The notes: generated by a model from the letters alone, not told the origin. 64,000 bases of DNA from Allorhizobium sp. (GCA_045377275.1 JBJIOA010000031.1:26202-90201), one strand, 5' to 3'. Positions 18,872-27,843 are shown, numbered from the stretch's first letter. Program-made: numbers and translations.

Positions 18872-19861
18872 ATGAAGAAGCAGAAGCAGCCACACAGGAA
18901 ATCGGGGCGGGTTGTCGCGAAGGACGCGCCTTCAGGGGCCGTCCGCAGTATGGGTCATGGCAAGGGTGGCGACGCCTTTGTCGGCGAAACTGCTGTGGGC
19001 AAGGCCACCGAGGGCAAGGCGAGCGCTGCTGCCGAACGCTTCCGCGCCGGAGTTCGCAAACCCGCCTTCCGGATCGCCTTCTTGGTATTTCTCGCCGGTA
19101 TTCTCACGGTTGCAGGTTCGCTTGCCATTCCGCATGAATTTGCCTTCTTTGAGTTCGGCTATCTCTTCACGCTTTCGATCTATGATCTGGTTCTGGCCAT
19201 GCTCGGCCTGTCAGTCGCCATCGGCATGGCCGAGCGGCGAGGCGAGGTCGTCTCGATTGTCGTCGCCTTTCTCGTCGTGATCACGCCGATGCTCCTCTTC
19301 TTCGACCCGATCTTCAGCGCCATCCTGCAGAGCCCGCTCGGGCACGAACTCTTCCTGATTGCACCCATTGCGGTGATGCTGTCCGGCGTGGTCCTGTGGC
19401 TGCCCGCGTGGATGCGCCGGTTCGCAGCGCCGCTTGCGGCCGCTGTGGTCGGCTTCTCCTTCGCGCTGTTCATCGGGCTCGATGATTTCGGCATCGGCAT
19501 TCAGGAATTTACGCTGGCCGCCGTGCTTGGCGCGCTGTGGATCCTCGTCGTTCCCGGCCTGATGCTGCGCCCGTTCCGCGGCGTCTGGCTCACCATTCCA
19601 GCGCGGATCATCGGCTCCTGGCTGATGGTGATCGCAGTCATCGTGACGGTCTCACTCTACGTGCCGTTTTCACCCGATGCACCGCCGCTACCCGAGCTCC
19701 TTGATGACCAGACGCTTCCGCCGCTCGACCCGGCGGTCGAGGACGGGATGATGGAGGCGCCGCCGGAAAGCTTCGATAGTACCGCCGACGAAAACGCGCT
19801 TCCGCCACCGGAGCTTGGGGACAATCCGCTTCTCGGCGGCGGGCGCAACCGCCAGCCGTGA
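18872..19861 (+). CDS. hypothetical polytopic membrane protein with Pro-rich C-terminal tail
   Basis: ATG at 18872 (MKKQKQPHRK…). At least 6 hydrophobic helices. The tail is …PPLPELLDDQTLPPLDP…. Confidence 0.6.
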   Translation: MKKQKQPHRKSGRVVAKDAPSGAVRSMGHGKGGDAFVGETAVGKATEGKASAAAERFRAGVRKPAFRIAFLVFLAGILTVAGSLAIPHEFAFFEFGYLFTLSIYDLVLAMLGLSVAIGMAERRGEVVSIVVAFLVVITPMLLFFDPIFSAILQSPLGHELFLIAPIAVMLSGVVLWLPAWMRRFAAPLAAAVVGFSFALFIGLDDFGIGIQEFTLAAVLGALWILVVPGLMLRPFRGVWLTIPARIIGSWLMVIAVIVTVSLYVPFSPDAPPLPELLDDQTLPPLDPAVEDGMMEAPPESFDSTADENALPPPELGDNPLLGGGRNRQP

Positions 19862-19947
19862 AGCGAAACAGACCCCATTGCCAGTCGACGCCTTCAGCGT
19901 CAGCCGTTACAAGCGGTCCATGTCGCCTCTGATTCCGGTAGTTCCTG

Positions 19948-20883
19948 ATGCATATCCGCTATGACCGTCCGGTGTCCCGTTCCGCCTTTCTGGCACGACG
20001 GCTGGCGCTGTTTTCGCTCGGCTTGCTGCTGATCGTCGTGCTGGCGCATCGCTTCGGGCCACTCTCGACGCCGGATTTCGTGCTTCTGGTGCTGGCATCG
20101 GCGGTACCGGCGGCGCTTGCCGTGCCGCTGGCACTTCTCGGCCTTGCCCGGCTCTGGCAGATCGGGGCGCTCGGGGGCGTGGCTTCCGCCTGGGCGCTGA
20201 TCTATGCGGCCCTGCCGCTCGCTTTGCCCGGCTATGGCTACTACCTCTACGTCACCAAGCCGAAGCTGACCGAAGTTTCGACAGATCTTGCCGACCGGCC
20301 GGCCTTCGTATCCCTGCCAAACGTGCCGCAGCATCTCTTGCCGCGCCCTGCCCTGCCGGCCAATGCCGGAGAGGCGCAGCTTTCCGCCTATCCGGGCTTG
20401 AACGGCCGACGCTACGAGGGGGCGATCGACCGCGTTTATGAGGCGGTGCGCAAGGTGGCGACGGAAAACCGGCTGGTGGTGACGGCAAGCCGCGGCGAGG
20501 AATACGGCCTGCCGGCCCTGGAACTACGGCCGACGACGGAAAGCCCGATCGAGTCGGAACCCGAGGGCGCGGTACCCGCGGCCCAGGACGCACTGCCGGA
20601 AAGCGGCCCGCTGCCCACGGCGCGCCCCGAGCCAAGCCTGCTCTTGCCACTCGATGACGGCGAACCGGAGGGGACGGCCAGGCTGCAGTTTGCCACCCGC
20701 ACGCTGGTGCTGGGGCTGCCCTTCGATGCGGTGGTGCGGCTTCGCGAGGAGGTAGAGATGACGCTCGTCGACATTCGCGTCGCCTCCCGCTATGGGCCGC
20801 ATGATCTTGGGATCAGCGACCGGATTGCCGAGGATTTCCTGCATGCGCTGGATGCGGAACTTTTGGGAATTGCCGGGAACTGA
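19948..20883 (+). CDS. DUF1499-like membrane-anchored protein
   Basis: 311 aa with N-terminal TM helices. The C-terminal part …VDIRVASRYGPHDLGISDRIAEDFLHALD… resembles DUF1499 proteins of Rhizobiales (from memory). Confidence 0.6.
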   Translation: MHIRYDRPVSRSAFLARRLALFSLGLLLIVVLAHRFGPLSTPDFVLLVLASAVPAALAVPLALLGLARLWQIGALGGVASAWALIYAALPLALPGYGYYLYVTKPKLTEVSTDLADRPAFVSLPNVPQHLLPRPALPANAGEAQLSAYPGLNGRRYEGAIDRVYEAVRKVATENRLVVTASRGEEYGLPALELRPTTESPIESEPEGAVPAAQDALPESGPLPTARPEPSLLLPLDDGEPEGTARLQFATRTLVLGLPFDAVVRLREEVEMTLVDIRVASRYGPHDLGISDRIAEDFLHALDAELLGIAGN

Positions 20884-22102
20884 GATTGGCCTTCTGCCGC
20901 TTGGTATCCTTCTCTGTCACTGCGTGGCATCTCCCCCTATAGGCAGGGCTATCGCCCATGAGATACCTCCCTCTGCCCTCCTGAGCTTGTCGAAGGGCGG
21001 GCATCTCCCCCACACGGGGGAGAGCGGATGAACGCAGGCGCCGGCGACAATCTCCACTCTCCCCACCTGTGGGGGAGATGTCGGCGAAGCCGACAGAGGG
21101 GGGTGATCCAGGTGGTGCGGCGAAAGGGACAGCGGTGGGCGGGGCCAGGAGCAAGCCAGAACGCTCAACCCGGCCGATATTCCCCGACAGCTTCGGCGGG
21201 CCATCCGTGGCGATCAGGCCCTTCTCCACGAGGTCCTCGAGATGGGCGAGCACGGAGAGGGCTGCCGCCCCGTGCAGGCGCGGATCGGTCGAGGCGTAGA
21301 TGACCTTGACCATGTCGGAGATGAAGCAATCGCCTTGTCGAATGCGCTCCAGCACCGCGCGCTCGCGCATCAGACGGTGGGTGCGCAGCGCTCGGACGAA
21401 AGCGCGGGGCTCGCTGACCGGACCGCCATGGCCCGGCAGATAGAGCCGGTCATCTCGGGTCAGCAAGCGGTCGAGCGAGGCCATGTAATCGCTCATCGCA
21501 CCATCCGGAGGGGCGACAATCGAAGTGGCCCAGGCCATGACATGATCGGCGGAAAAGAGGATGCCGGTGCCTTCGAGCGCGAAGGCGGAATGGTTGGCCG
21601 TGTGGCCCGGCGTGTGGACAGCGGTCAACCGCCAGCCCTCGCCGTCCACGGTCGCGCCATCGGCAAGGGCGATGTCGGGTGTGAAATCGACATCCGAGCT
21701 TTCGGCGAAGGGGTTCACCTCGCCTTCGAAGAGCGGACGGGCCGGGCGATGCGGGCCTTCGGCGACGATCACAGCACCTGTCTTTTCTTTCAGCCGGCGG
21801 GCGAGCGGGGAATGGTCGCGATGGGTATGGCTCACGGCGATATGGCTCACCTCCCTGCCCTGCAACGCCACCATAAGCGCTTCGAAATGCGCATCATTCT
21901 CGGGGCCGGGATCGATGACGCAAACGGATTTTTCGCCGACGATATAGGTGTTGGTGCCGTGGAATGTGAAGGGGCTGGGATTGGGCGCAGTCAGACGCTC
22001 GATCCCGTCTGCCACCGGCACCGCCACGCCATGCTGCGGCTCGAAGGCGGTTACGAAGTGCGGCACCGTCTGGTCGCCTGTCGGCTCTTCCGTCTTGCTC
22101 AT
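20813..22102 (-). CDS. MBL-fold metallo-hydrolase; the 3' end is probably frameshifted (the native stop is likely at 21165-21167)
   Basis: HTHRDH metal motif plus the later HTPGH, D and H ligands. Homology-like sequence ends near …DGPPKLSG (G307). After that the ORF runs about 120 aa through the hairpin repeats and overlaps the convergent gene by 71 bp. Confidence 0.8.
   Translation of the reverse strand: MSKTEEPTGDQTVPHFVTAFEPQHGVAVPVADGIERLTAPNPSPFTFHGTNTYIVGEKSVCVIDPGPENDAHFEALMVALQGREVSHIAVSHTHRDHSPLARRLKEKTGAVIVAEGPHRPARPLFEGEVNPFAESSDVDFTPDIALADGATVDGEGWRLTAVHTPGHTANHSAFALEGTGILFSADHVMAWATSIVAPPDGAMSDYMASLDRLLTRDDRLYLPGHGGPVSEPRAFVRALRTHRLMRERAVLERIRQGDCFISDMVKVIYASTDPRLHGAAALSVLAHLEDLVEKGLIATDGPPKLSGNIGRVERSGLLLAPPTAVPFAAPPGSPPSVGFADISPTGGESGDCRRRLRSSALPRVGEMPALRQAQEGRGRYLMGDSPAYRGRCHAVTEKDTKRQKANLSSRQFPKVPHPAHAGNPRQSGR
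20928..21100. repeat. mosaic of C-rich/G-rich hairpin repeats (REP/RIME-like)
   Basis: CATCTCCCCC occurs at 20928 and 21002, and its complement at 21071. Hairpins: TCTCCCCC-ACAC-GGGGGAGA (21004-21023), TCTCCCC…GGGGAGA (21058-21078), TGTCGGC-GAA-GCCGACA (21079-21095). Confidence 0.75.
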
Positions 22103-22395
22103 TTATACTCGATCTCGACAAAACTCATCGGCTGGTCGCCGCCATCGATCACATTGTGCTCGACGCCGGCATCCCGCCTGTAGGCCTCGCCAGCCTTGCT
22201 CGTCACACGACGCGCGCCTTCGGCATCCTCGATCAGGAAATGGCAATCGGTGAGCGGCACGACGACATAGCCGAGGCCATGGGTATGATGCCCGGTCGCT
22301 GCACCCGGCTCGAAATCCCAGCGGGTGATGCGGGTGACGGCATCGTCGAGGACCACGGTCGGGATGGCAGGCGGGCGAGCGGAATAGCCGGGCAT
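22099..22395 (-). CDS. cupin domain protein
   Basis: Start chosen at MPGYSARPP… with GGAGA 7 nt upstream. Cupin motif …GHHTHGLGYVVVPL…. The stop overlaps the MBL start (ATGA). Confidence 0.8.
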   Translation of the reverse strand: MPGYSARPPAIPTVVLDDAVTRITRWDFEPGAATGHHTHGLGYVVVPLTDCHFLIEDAEGARRVTSKAGEAYRRDAGVEHNVIDGGDQPMSFVEIEYK

Positions 22396-22478
22396 GGGTG
22401 TCTCCGGAAGGGGCATGAGGGGGCAACCTAGCCTGCGGGGGTGGCGGGGGCAATTGGGGGGATGTGGCGTTAGTTAGA

Positions 22479-22766
22479 CTAGTTAGCCACATCCGCCGTC
22501 AGCGAAATACCCAGCGCCTTCATGACTGCAAGCGTGGTCTTGAGCGTCGGATTGCCCTCGCTGGAGAGCGTGCGATACAGCTGCTCCCGCGAAAGCCCCG
22601 CTTCCCGAGCAATACCGGCCATGCCTTTCGCGCGGGCGACCACGCCCAGCGCATGGGCGATATAGGCGGCGTCGTCGGTTTTCAGGGCCTCATTTACGAA
22701 AACCGAAATCGCCTCGGGGGTATCGAGATCTTCGGCGGGATCGTAGCCGGTCAGGATTTCAGTCAT
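22479..22766 (-). CDS. addiction-module antidote protein (HigA-family antitoxin)
   Basis: 95 aa: MTEILTGYDPAEDLDTPEAI…ALGVVARAKGMAGIAREAGLSREQLYRTLSSEGNPTLKTTLAVMKALG. This matches the 'putative addiction module antidote' pattern. It overlaps the toxin stop by 8 bp. Confidence 0.85.
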   Translation of the reverse strand: MTEILTGYDPAEDLDTPEAISVFVNEALKTDDAAYIAHALGVVARAKGMAGIAREAGLSREQLYRTLSSEGNPTLKTTLAVMKALGISLTADVAN

Positions 22767-23063
22767 CTGTCTCTCTCCAGATCCGTGCCAGGCGTTTCGC
22801 GGTCTCGATATCTCTGACCTGACTGCCTTTGTCGCCTCCACAGAGTAGAATAATGATCGTGCTACCGCGCTGCATGAAGTAGATGCGGTAGCCAGGGCCG
22901 TAGTGCAGGCGCAGTTCCTGCACGCCCTCGCCCACAAAGGCCGCATCTCCGACATGGCCAAAGCCGAGGCGGTCAAGACGCGCCGCAATCAAGCTGCGGC
23001 TCGCCGGTCTTTCAGACCGAGGCGCCACTTTCGGAAAGTCTCAGTCTGCTTCAACCCGAACAT
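22759..23063 (-). pseudogene. RelE/HigB-type addiction-module killer protein, interrupted by a 1-nt frameshift
   Basis: N-terminal piece MFGLKQTETFRKWRLGLKDRRAAA* (23063-22989). It continues in another frame as …LIAARLDRLGFGHVGDAAFVGEGVQELRLHYGPGYRIYFMQRGSTIIILLCGGDKGSQ…. Joined together, the two pieces reproduce the full family pattern. Confidence 0.8.
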
Positions 23064-23103
23064 ATTGTCGTCCAAAAACTACAAATGCACAAGCCCTGTG
23101 GAA

Positions 23104-25770
23104 CTACCCCCTAGCTTTGATCGCCGCCTGGGCCGCCGACAGCCTTGCAATCGGCACGCGGAACGGCGAGCAGGAGACGTAATCCAGCCCGACATCCTCA
23201 CAGAAGTGGATGGACGTCGGGTCGCCGCCGTGTTCGCCGCAGATGCCGAGTTTCATGTCGGGGCGCGTCTTGCGGCCGCGTTCGGCGGCGATGCGGATGA
23301 GTTCGCCGACGCCGTCGAAATCGAGCGACACGAAGGGATCCTGCACGATGATGCCCTTCTTCTGGTAGGTCGGGATGAAGCGGGCGGCGTCGTCGCGGGA
23401 CATGCCGAAGGTGGTCTGGGTCAGGTCGTTGGTGCCGAAGGAGAAGAATTCGGCGGCTTCGGCGATGATATGGGCGCGGATGGCGGCGCGGGGCAGTTCG
23501 ATCATGGTGCCGACGAGATAGGAGATCTCGAGCTTCGCCTCGCCCATGACATCGGCTGCCACGCGGTCGATCACGCCCTTGACGTAATCGAGCTCGGAGC
23601 GCAGGCCGACCAGCGGCACCATGATCTCAGGCACGACGGCCGCGCCCGTTTCGCGGGCGGCGGCAACGGCGGCCTCAAAAATCGCACGGGCCTGCATTTC
23701 GGCGATCTCGGGATAGGAGATGGCAAGCCGGCAGCCGCGATGGCCGAGCATGGGGTTGAACTCGTGCAGGGCATCGATGCGCCGGCGCATGAAGCCGGGT
23801 TCGAGGCCCATGGCATTGGCCACTTCCTCGATTTCCTCGTCGGACTTCGGCAGGAATTCATGCAGCGGCGGGTCGAGCATGCGGATCGTCACCGGCAGGC
23901 CATGCATGATGGTGAAAAGCTCGGTGAAGTCGGAGCGCTGCATGGGAAGCAGCTTGTCGAGTGCCGCGCGGCGGCCGGCCTCGTCTTCGGCGAGGATCAT
24001 CTCGCGCATGACGTGGATGCGGTCGCCCTCGAAGAACATGTGTTCGGTACGGCAAAGGCCTATGCCCTCGGCGCCGAAGGAGCGCGCGGCGCGGGCATCG
24101 GCCGGCGTATCGGCATTGGTGCGCACCGTCATGCGGCGGGTGGCGTCTGCCCATTCCATCAGTTGCGCGAAATCGCCCGAAAGTTCCGGCTGGAGCATCG
24201 GCACCTCGCCCTTCAGCACCTGGCCGGAGGAGCCGTCGATGGTGACGATATCGCCCTTGGTGAGCGTTACACCCATGCCGATGAGCTTTTCGTTGCGCAG
24301 GTCAACGCGCATGGTGCCGGCACCGGCCACACAGGGGATGCCCATGCCGCGGGCGACGACGGCAGCATGGCTGGTCATGCCGCCGCGGGTCGTCAGGATG
24401 CCTTCGGCGGCATGCATGCCGTGAATGTCTTCCGGGCTCGTTTCGACGCGGACGAGGATGACCTTGCGGCCTTCGGCTTCTGCCTCGACCGCTTCTTCCG
24501 CTGTAAAGACGATGGCGCCGGTCGCCGCCCCCGGCGAGGCGGGAAGGCCCGAGCCGATGACATGGCGGGTGACACGCGGATCGATCGTCGGGTGCAGCAA
24601 CTGGTCCAGCGAGGAGGGTTCGATGCGCAGCACCGCCTCTTCCTCGGTGATCAGGCCTTCGGCCACCATGTCGACGGCGATCTTCATCGCGGCCTTGGTG
24701 GTGCGTTTGCCGGAACGGGCCTGCAGCATCCAGAGCTTGCCGCGCTCGATGGTGAATTCGAGGTCCTGCATGTCGCGATAATGCAATTCGAGCCGGTCGC
24801 AGATCGCCTCGAATTCAGCGAAGGCCTCGGGCATCAGCTTTTCGAGCGAGGGCTTGTCGGAACCGGAATCGATGCGGGCGGCCTCGGTGATCGATTGCGG
24901 CGTGCGGATACCGGCCACCACGTCTTCGCCCTGCGCATTGACCAGGAATTCGCCGTAAAGCTCCTTGGCGCCGGTGGAAGGGTTGCGGGTGAAGGCAACG
25001 CCCGTTGCCGAGGTCGAGCCGAGGTTGCCAAAGACCATGGCCTGAACGGTGACAGCCGTGCCCCATTCGCCGGGGATCTTGTGCAGTAGGCGGTAGGTCT
25101 GGGCGCGCGGGTTCATCCAGCTGGAAAAGACCGCGCCGATCGCGCCCCAGAGCTGGACATGCGGATCCTGCGGGAATGGCTGGCCCAGGTCGTGTTCGAG
25201 GAGCTCCTTATAGAGCTTCACCACATGCTGCCATTCCATGGCCGACAGTTCGGTGTCGAGCTCGTGGCCGAGCCTGGCCTTTTCGTCTTCGAGAATTTCC
25301 TCGAAGACCTCGTGATCGAGGCCCATCACGACATCGCCATACATCTGGATGAAGCGGCGATAGCTGTCCCAGGCAAAACGGGCATCTCCGGAGTGATGGG
25401 CAAGCGCTTCCACCGTGTGGTCGTTGAGGCCGAGGTTGAGCACCGTGTCCATCATGCCGGGCATGGAGGTGCGCGCGCCGGAGCGGACGGAGAGGAGAAG
25501 CGGATGGCTGATGTCACCGAAGGCGCGGCCGGTGGCCGTTTCAATGCCGGTAATCCCGGAGAGAACCTGGGCCTTCAACTCCTCGCAAAGCGTCTTGCCG
25601 TTCTTGTAATAAAGGCCGCAGGCATCTGACACGATCGTGAGGCCGGGCGGCACGGGCAGGCCAAGCGACGCCATTTCGGCGAGATTGGCACCCTTGCCTC
25701 CCAGCTGCTCGATCTCGGCCCTACTCCCCTCGGCCGCTCCTCCGCCGAAGGTGTAAACCCACTTGCGCAT
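23104..25770 (-). CDS. ppdK: pyruvate, phosphate dikinase
   Basis: Start at MRKWVYTFGGG…GGKGANLAEM. Phosphohistidine region GGMTSHAAVVARGMG. C-terminal PEP-utiliser domain …GICGEHGGDP…. Confidence 0.95.
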   Translation of the reverse strand: MRKWVYTFGGGAAEGSRAEIEQLGGKGANLAEMASLGLPVPPGLTIVSDACGLYYKNGKTLCEELKAQVLSGITGIETATGRAFGDISHPLLLSVRSGARTSMPGMMDTVLNLGLNDHTVEALAHHSGDARFAWDSYRRFIQMYGDVVMGLDHEVFEEILEDEKARLGHELDTELSAMEWQHVVKLYKELLEHDLGQPFPQDPHVQLWGAIGAVFSSWMNPRAQTYRLLHKIPGEWGTAVTVQAMVFGNLGSTSATGVAFTRNPSTGAKELYGEFLVNAQGEDVVAGIRTPQSITEAARIDSGSDKPSLEKLMPEAFAEFEAICDRLELHYRDMQDLEFTIERGKLWMLQARSGKRTTKAAMKIAVDMVAEGLITEEEAVLRIEPSSLDQLLHPTIDPRVTRHVIGSGLPASPGAATGAIVFTAEEAVEAEAEGRKVILVRVETSPEDIHGMHAAEGILTTRGGMTSHAAVVARGMGIPCVAGAGTMRVDLRNEKLIGMGVTLTKGDIVTIDGSSGQVLKGEVPMLQPELSGDFAQLMEWADATRRMTVRTNADTPADARAARSFGAEGIGLCRTEHMFFEGDRIHVMREMILAEDEAGRRAALDKLLPMQRSDFTELFTIMHGLPVTIRMLDPPLHEFLPKSDEEIEEVANAMGLEPGFMRRRIDALHEFNPMLGHRGCRLAISYPEIAEMQARAIFEAAVAAARETGAAVVPEIMVPLVGLRSELDYVKGVIDRVAADVMGEAKLEISYLVGTMIELPRAAIRAHIIAEAAEFFSFGTNDLTQTTFGMSRDDAARFIPTYQKKGIIVQDPFVSLDFDGVGELIRIAAERGRKTRPDMKLGICGEHGGDPTSIHFCEDVGLDYVSCSPFRVPIARLSAAQAAIKARG

Positions 25771-26123
25771 TGCCCTCTCCACCCGAACAGGCTTGTTTTT
25801 CCACCGTTTACAGCAATTGCGACGGATTGGAAACGCCACTCCGTCAAGTTTATGTTGCAATGCATCATAATTGCGGCAGTGGAGCCGGAATAGGCTCACG
25901 GCGATGTGAGATGTCGTTCAGAGACGTGATGCCGAGATCGGGCGGCCGTGAGGCGGCCTTTCGCCAGGCCAACGGGTCGACGGACGGCCCCCGATTCTTA
26001 CAGCTCATCACGCAATGCAATAAACGGTCACGCAAAATGACCAGACAAATCAATTGAGGGTGATGCGTTCAGGGCCAGCGTTTGCTAGGTGGCATTCTAG
26101 TAAATTGTAATCCGGAATCAAAA

Positions 26124-27443
26124 ATGACCCTGACCAGCCCGGTTTCCCTGACTGAGATCCCGCAAAACAACCTTTACCAGAAGGGCGACGTTTTCGTTCT
26201 TTTCGGCGAATTGTTTGGTCGCGGCTACGTCACGGGCCTGCTCGACCAGGCCAAGAAGGCCGGCATGGAGATCATCGGAATCACCGTTGGTCGCCGCGAC
26301 GAGAACAACAAGCTGCGTCCGCTGACCGAAGAAGAGCTCGCTCAGGCGGAGGCCAATCTCGGTGGCCGGATCATCAACATCCCTGCCATGGCCGGCTTCG
26401 ATCTCGACGCGCCGGAAGGCGAGAAGACGCCGACGGATCTGCTCGCCTCGCTGACGCTGGAGAACTGGGAAACCGAAAAGCTCGACTGGGAGCATATCGA
26501 GAAGTGCCGCCAGGTCGGCGTCAAGCGGTTCCAGGATGCCGTGGCCAAGATCATGGGCGAGCTGGAAGGCATGATTGCCGACGGCAAGAACGTGCATTTC
26601 GCCCACACCATGGCCGGCGGCATACCCAAGGCCAAGGTCTTCCTCGTGCTGGCCAACCGCATCTACAAGGGCCGTGGCGCACGCCACATGTCGTCACAGG
26701 TGCTGCTCGACAGCGATCTCGGCAAGCTCATCCTGCAGAACTTCGACGAAGTCTCGGCCAATACCTTCCGTCACCTGATCGAGGGCAGCACGGCCATTCG
26801 CAACCGCATCGAAAAGAGCGGCGGCCAGGTGCGTTACTCGGCCTACGGCTATCACGGCACGGGCATTCTGATCGGCGACGAATATCGCTGGCAGACCTAC
26901 ACCAACTACACCCAGGGCTATGCCAAGATGAAGCTCGAGGCGATCGCCGAAGAGGCTTACGCTTCCGGCATCAAGGCGACCGTCTTCAACTGCCCCGAGA
27001 TCCGCACCAATTCGTCTGATGTCTTTGCCGGTATCGAGCTGCCGCTTCTGCCGCTCCTGAAGGCGCTGAAGAAGGAAAAACCCGGCGCGCGCGCCGAGAA
27101 GATCTGGGCTGACTGCCAGGCGCTGCTGGTCGAGGGTGTCACCGTCGAGGACGTGCTCAAGAAGATCGCCGACTTCCAGGCGAGCGACGTGATGATCCCG
27201 TTCTACGACTTCAACAACTGGCCGATGCCCAACAGCCAGGGCCAGTCCGACATCACCATCGGCACCTCTCAGGAGATCGCCCAGATGCACAAGGACGGCA
27301 AGGCGCTGATTTCGGACTATCTGAGCGTACTTGTGGTTGAAGCAACCGGCGCGCTGATATTTGGCGAAATGGCCAATCCGTCTGCGCCGGTCCTCTGGCT
27401 GAACCACGATATGGTGGCCCGGCAGATCAACAAGGCCGGCTGA
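26124..27443 (+). CDS. conserved protein, distantly FabV/trans-2-enoyl-CoA-reductase-like (putative)
   Basis: 439 aa. N-terminal VFVLFGELFGRGYV is reminiscent of the FabV dinucleotide loop. YTNYTQGYAK fits the FabV-type Y-X8-K spacing. Similarity was judged by eye only. Confidence 0.4.
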   Translation: MTLTSPVSLTEIPQNNLYQKGDVFVLFGELFGRGYVTGLLDQAKKAGMEIIGITVGRRDENNKLRPLTEEELAQAEANLGGRIINIPAMAGFDLDAPEGEKTPTDLLASLTLENWETEKLDWEHIEKCRQVGVKRFQDAVAKIMGELEGMIADGKNVHFAHTMAGGIPKAKVFLVLANRIYKGRGARHMSSQVLLDSDLGKLILQNFDEVSANTFRHLIEGSTAIRNRIEKSGGQVRYSAYGYHGTGILIGDEYRWQTYTNYTQGYAKMKLEAIAEEAYASGIKATVFNCPEIRTNSSDVFAGIELPLLPLLKALKKEKPGARAEKIWADCQALLVEGVTVEDVLKKIADFQASDVMIPFYDFNNWPMPNSQGQSDITIGTSQEIAQMHKDGKALISDYLSVLVVEATGALIFGEMANPSAPVLWLNHDMVARQINKAG

Positions 27444-27452
27444 GCGGGCGAG

Positions 27453-27501
27453 GCGAATAGCGAATAGCGAATAGCGAATAGCGAATAGGCAGTAGCCAAT
27501 A
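27453..27501. repeat. heptanucleotide tandem repeat (GCGAATA)x5 plus two degenerate units
   Basis: GCGAATA at 27453, 27460, 27467, 27474 and 27481, then GGCAGTA and GCCAATA. It starts 9 bp after the stop codon at 27441-27443. Confidence 0.95.
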
Positions 27502-27506
27502 GAAGG

Positions 27507-27539
27507 ATGCCGGGAGCTTGCTTTCGGCATTTTTCGTTT
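27507..27539 (+). terminator. rho-independent terminator
   Basis: Stem ATGCCG / CGGCAT with a 12-nt loop, followed by TTTTCGTTT. Confidence 0.6.
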
Positions 27540-27547
27540 GCATGGAT

Positions 27548-27673
27548 CGTCATCCTCGGGCTTGTCCCGAGGATCTACTGCCGCTGCCTTGTGCTCGACG
27601 TTTATAGACTCTCCTTACGGCTCCCAGCCGTGGCCACCCTTGGTAGATCCTCGGGACAAGCCCGAGGATGACG
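27548..27673. repeat. 126-bp palindromic element: 31-bp perfect terminal inverted repeats flanking a 64-bp core (MITE/RIME-like)
   Basis: 27548-27578 (CGTCATCCTCGGGCTTGTCCCGAGGATCTAC) is the exact reverse complement of 27643-27673. Each arm also contains its own hairpin, CCTCGGG-CTTGT-CCCGAGG. Confidence 0.9.
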
Positions 27674-27843
27674 GCGCGTATGGGCCCGGCAGCGCAAGCC
27701 GCCTTCTCCAAAGACCATGGCTGCTTTGCCCCATACATAAGCCCTTTTCCGGAGGCGAACCGATCAGCGGTTCGAACGGCTGGACTTCCGCGTCCAGTGC
27801 TGGCACGCCGTTGACTGGTCATCAGACAAATCGAGTCTTCCCG

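Noticed and set aside
25771-26123. Repeated TCACGCAA motifs and small palindromes in the ppdK/FabV-like divergent region, as operator sites.
   Set aside because: There are only two short copies, no known regulator consensus matches, and they could be chance.
27453-27501. Could the short repeat array be a CRISPR?
   Set aside because: The units are 7 bp with no spacers, and there are no cas genes in the window. It is a simple tandem repeat.
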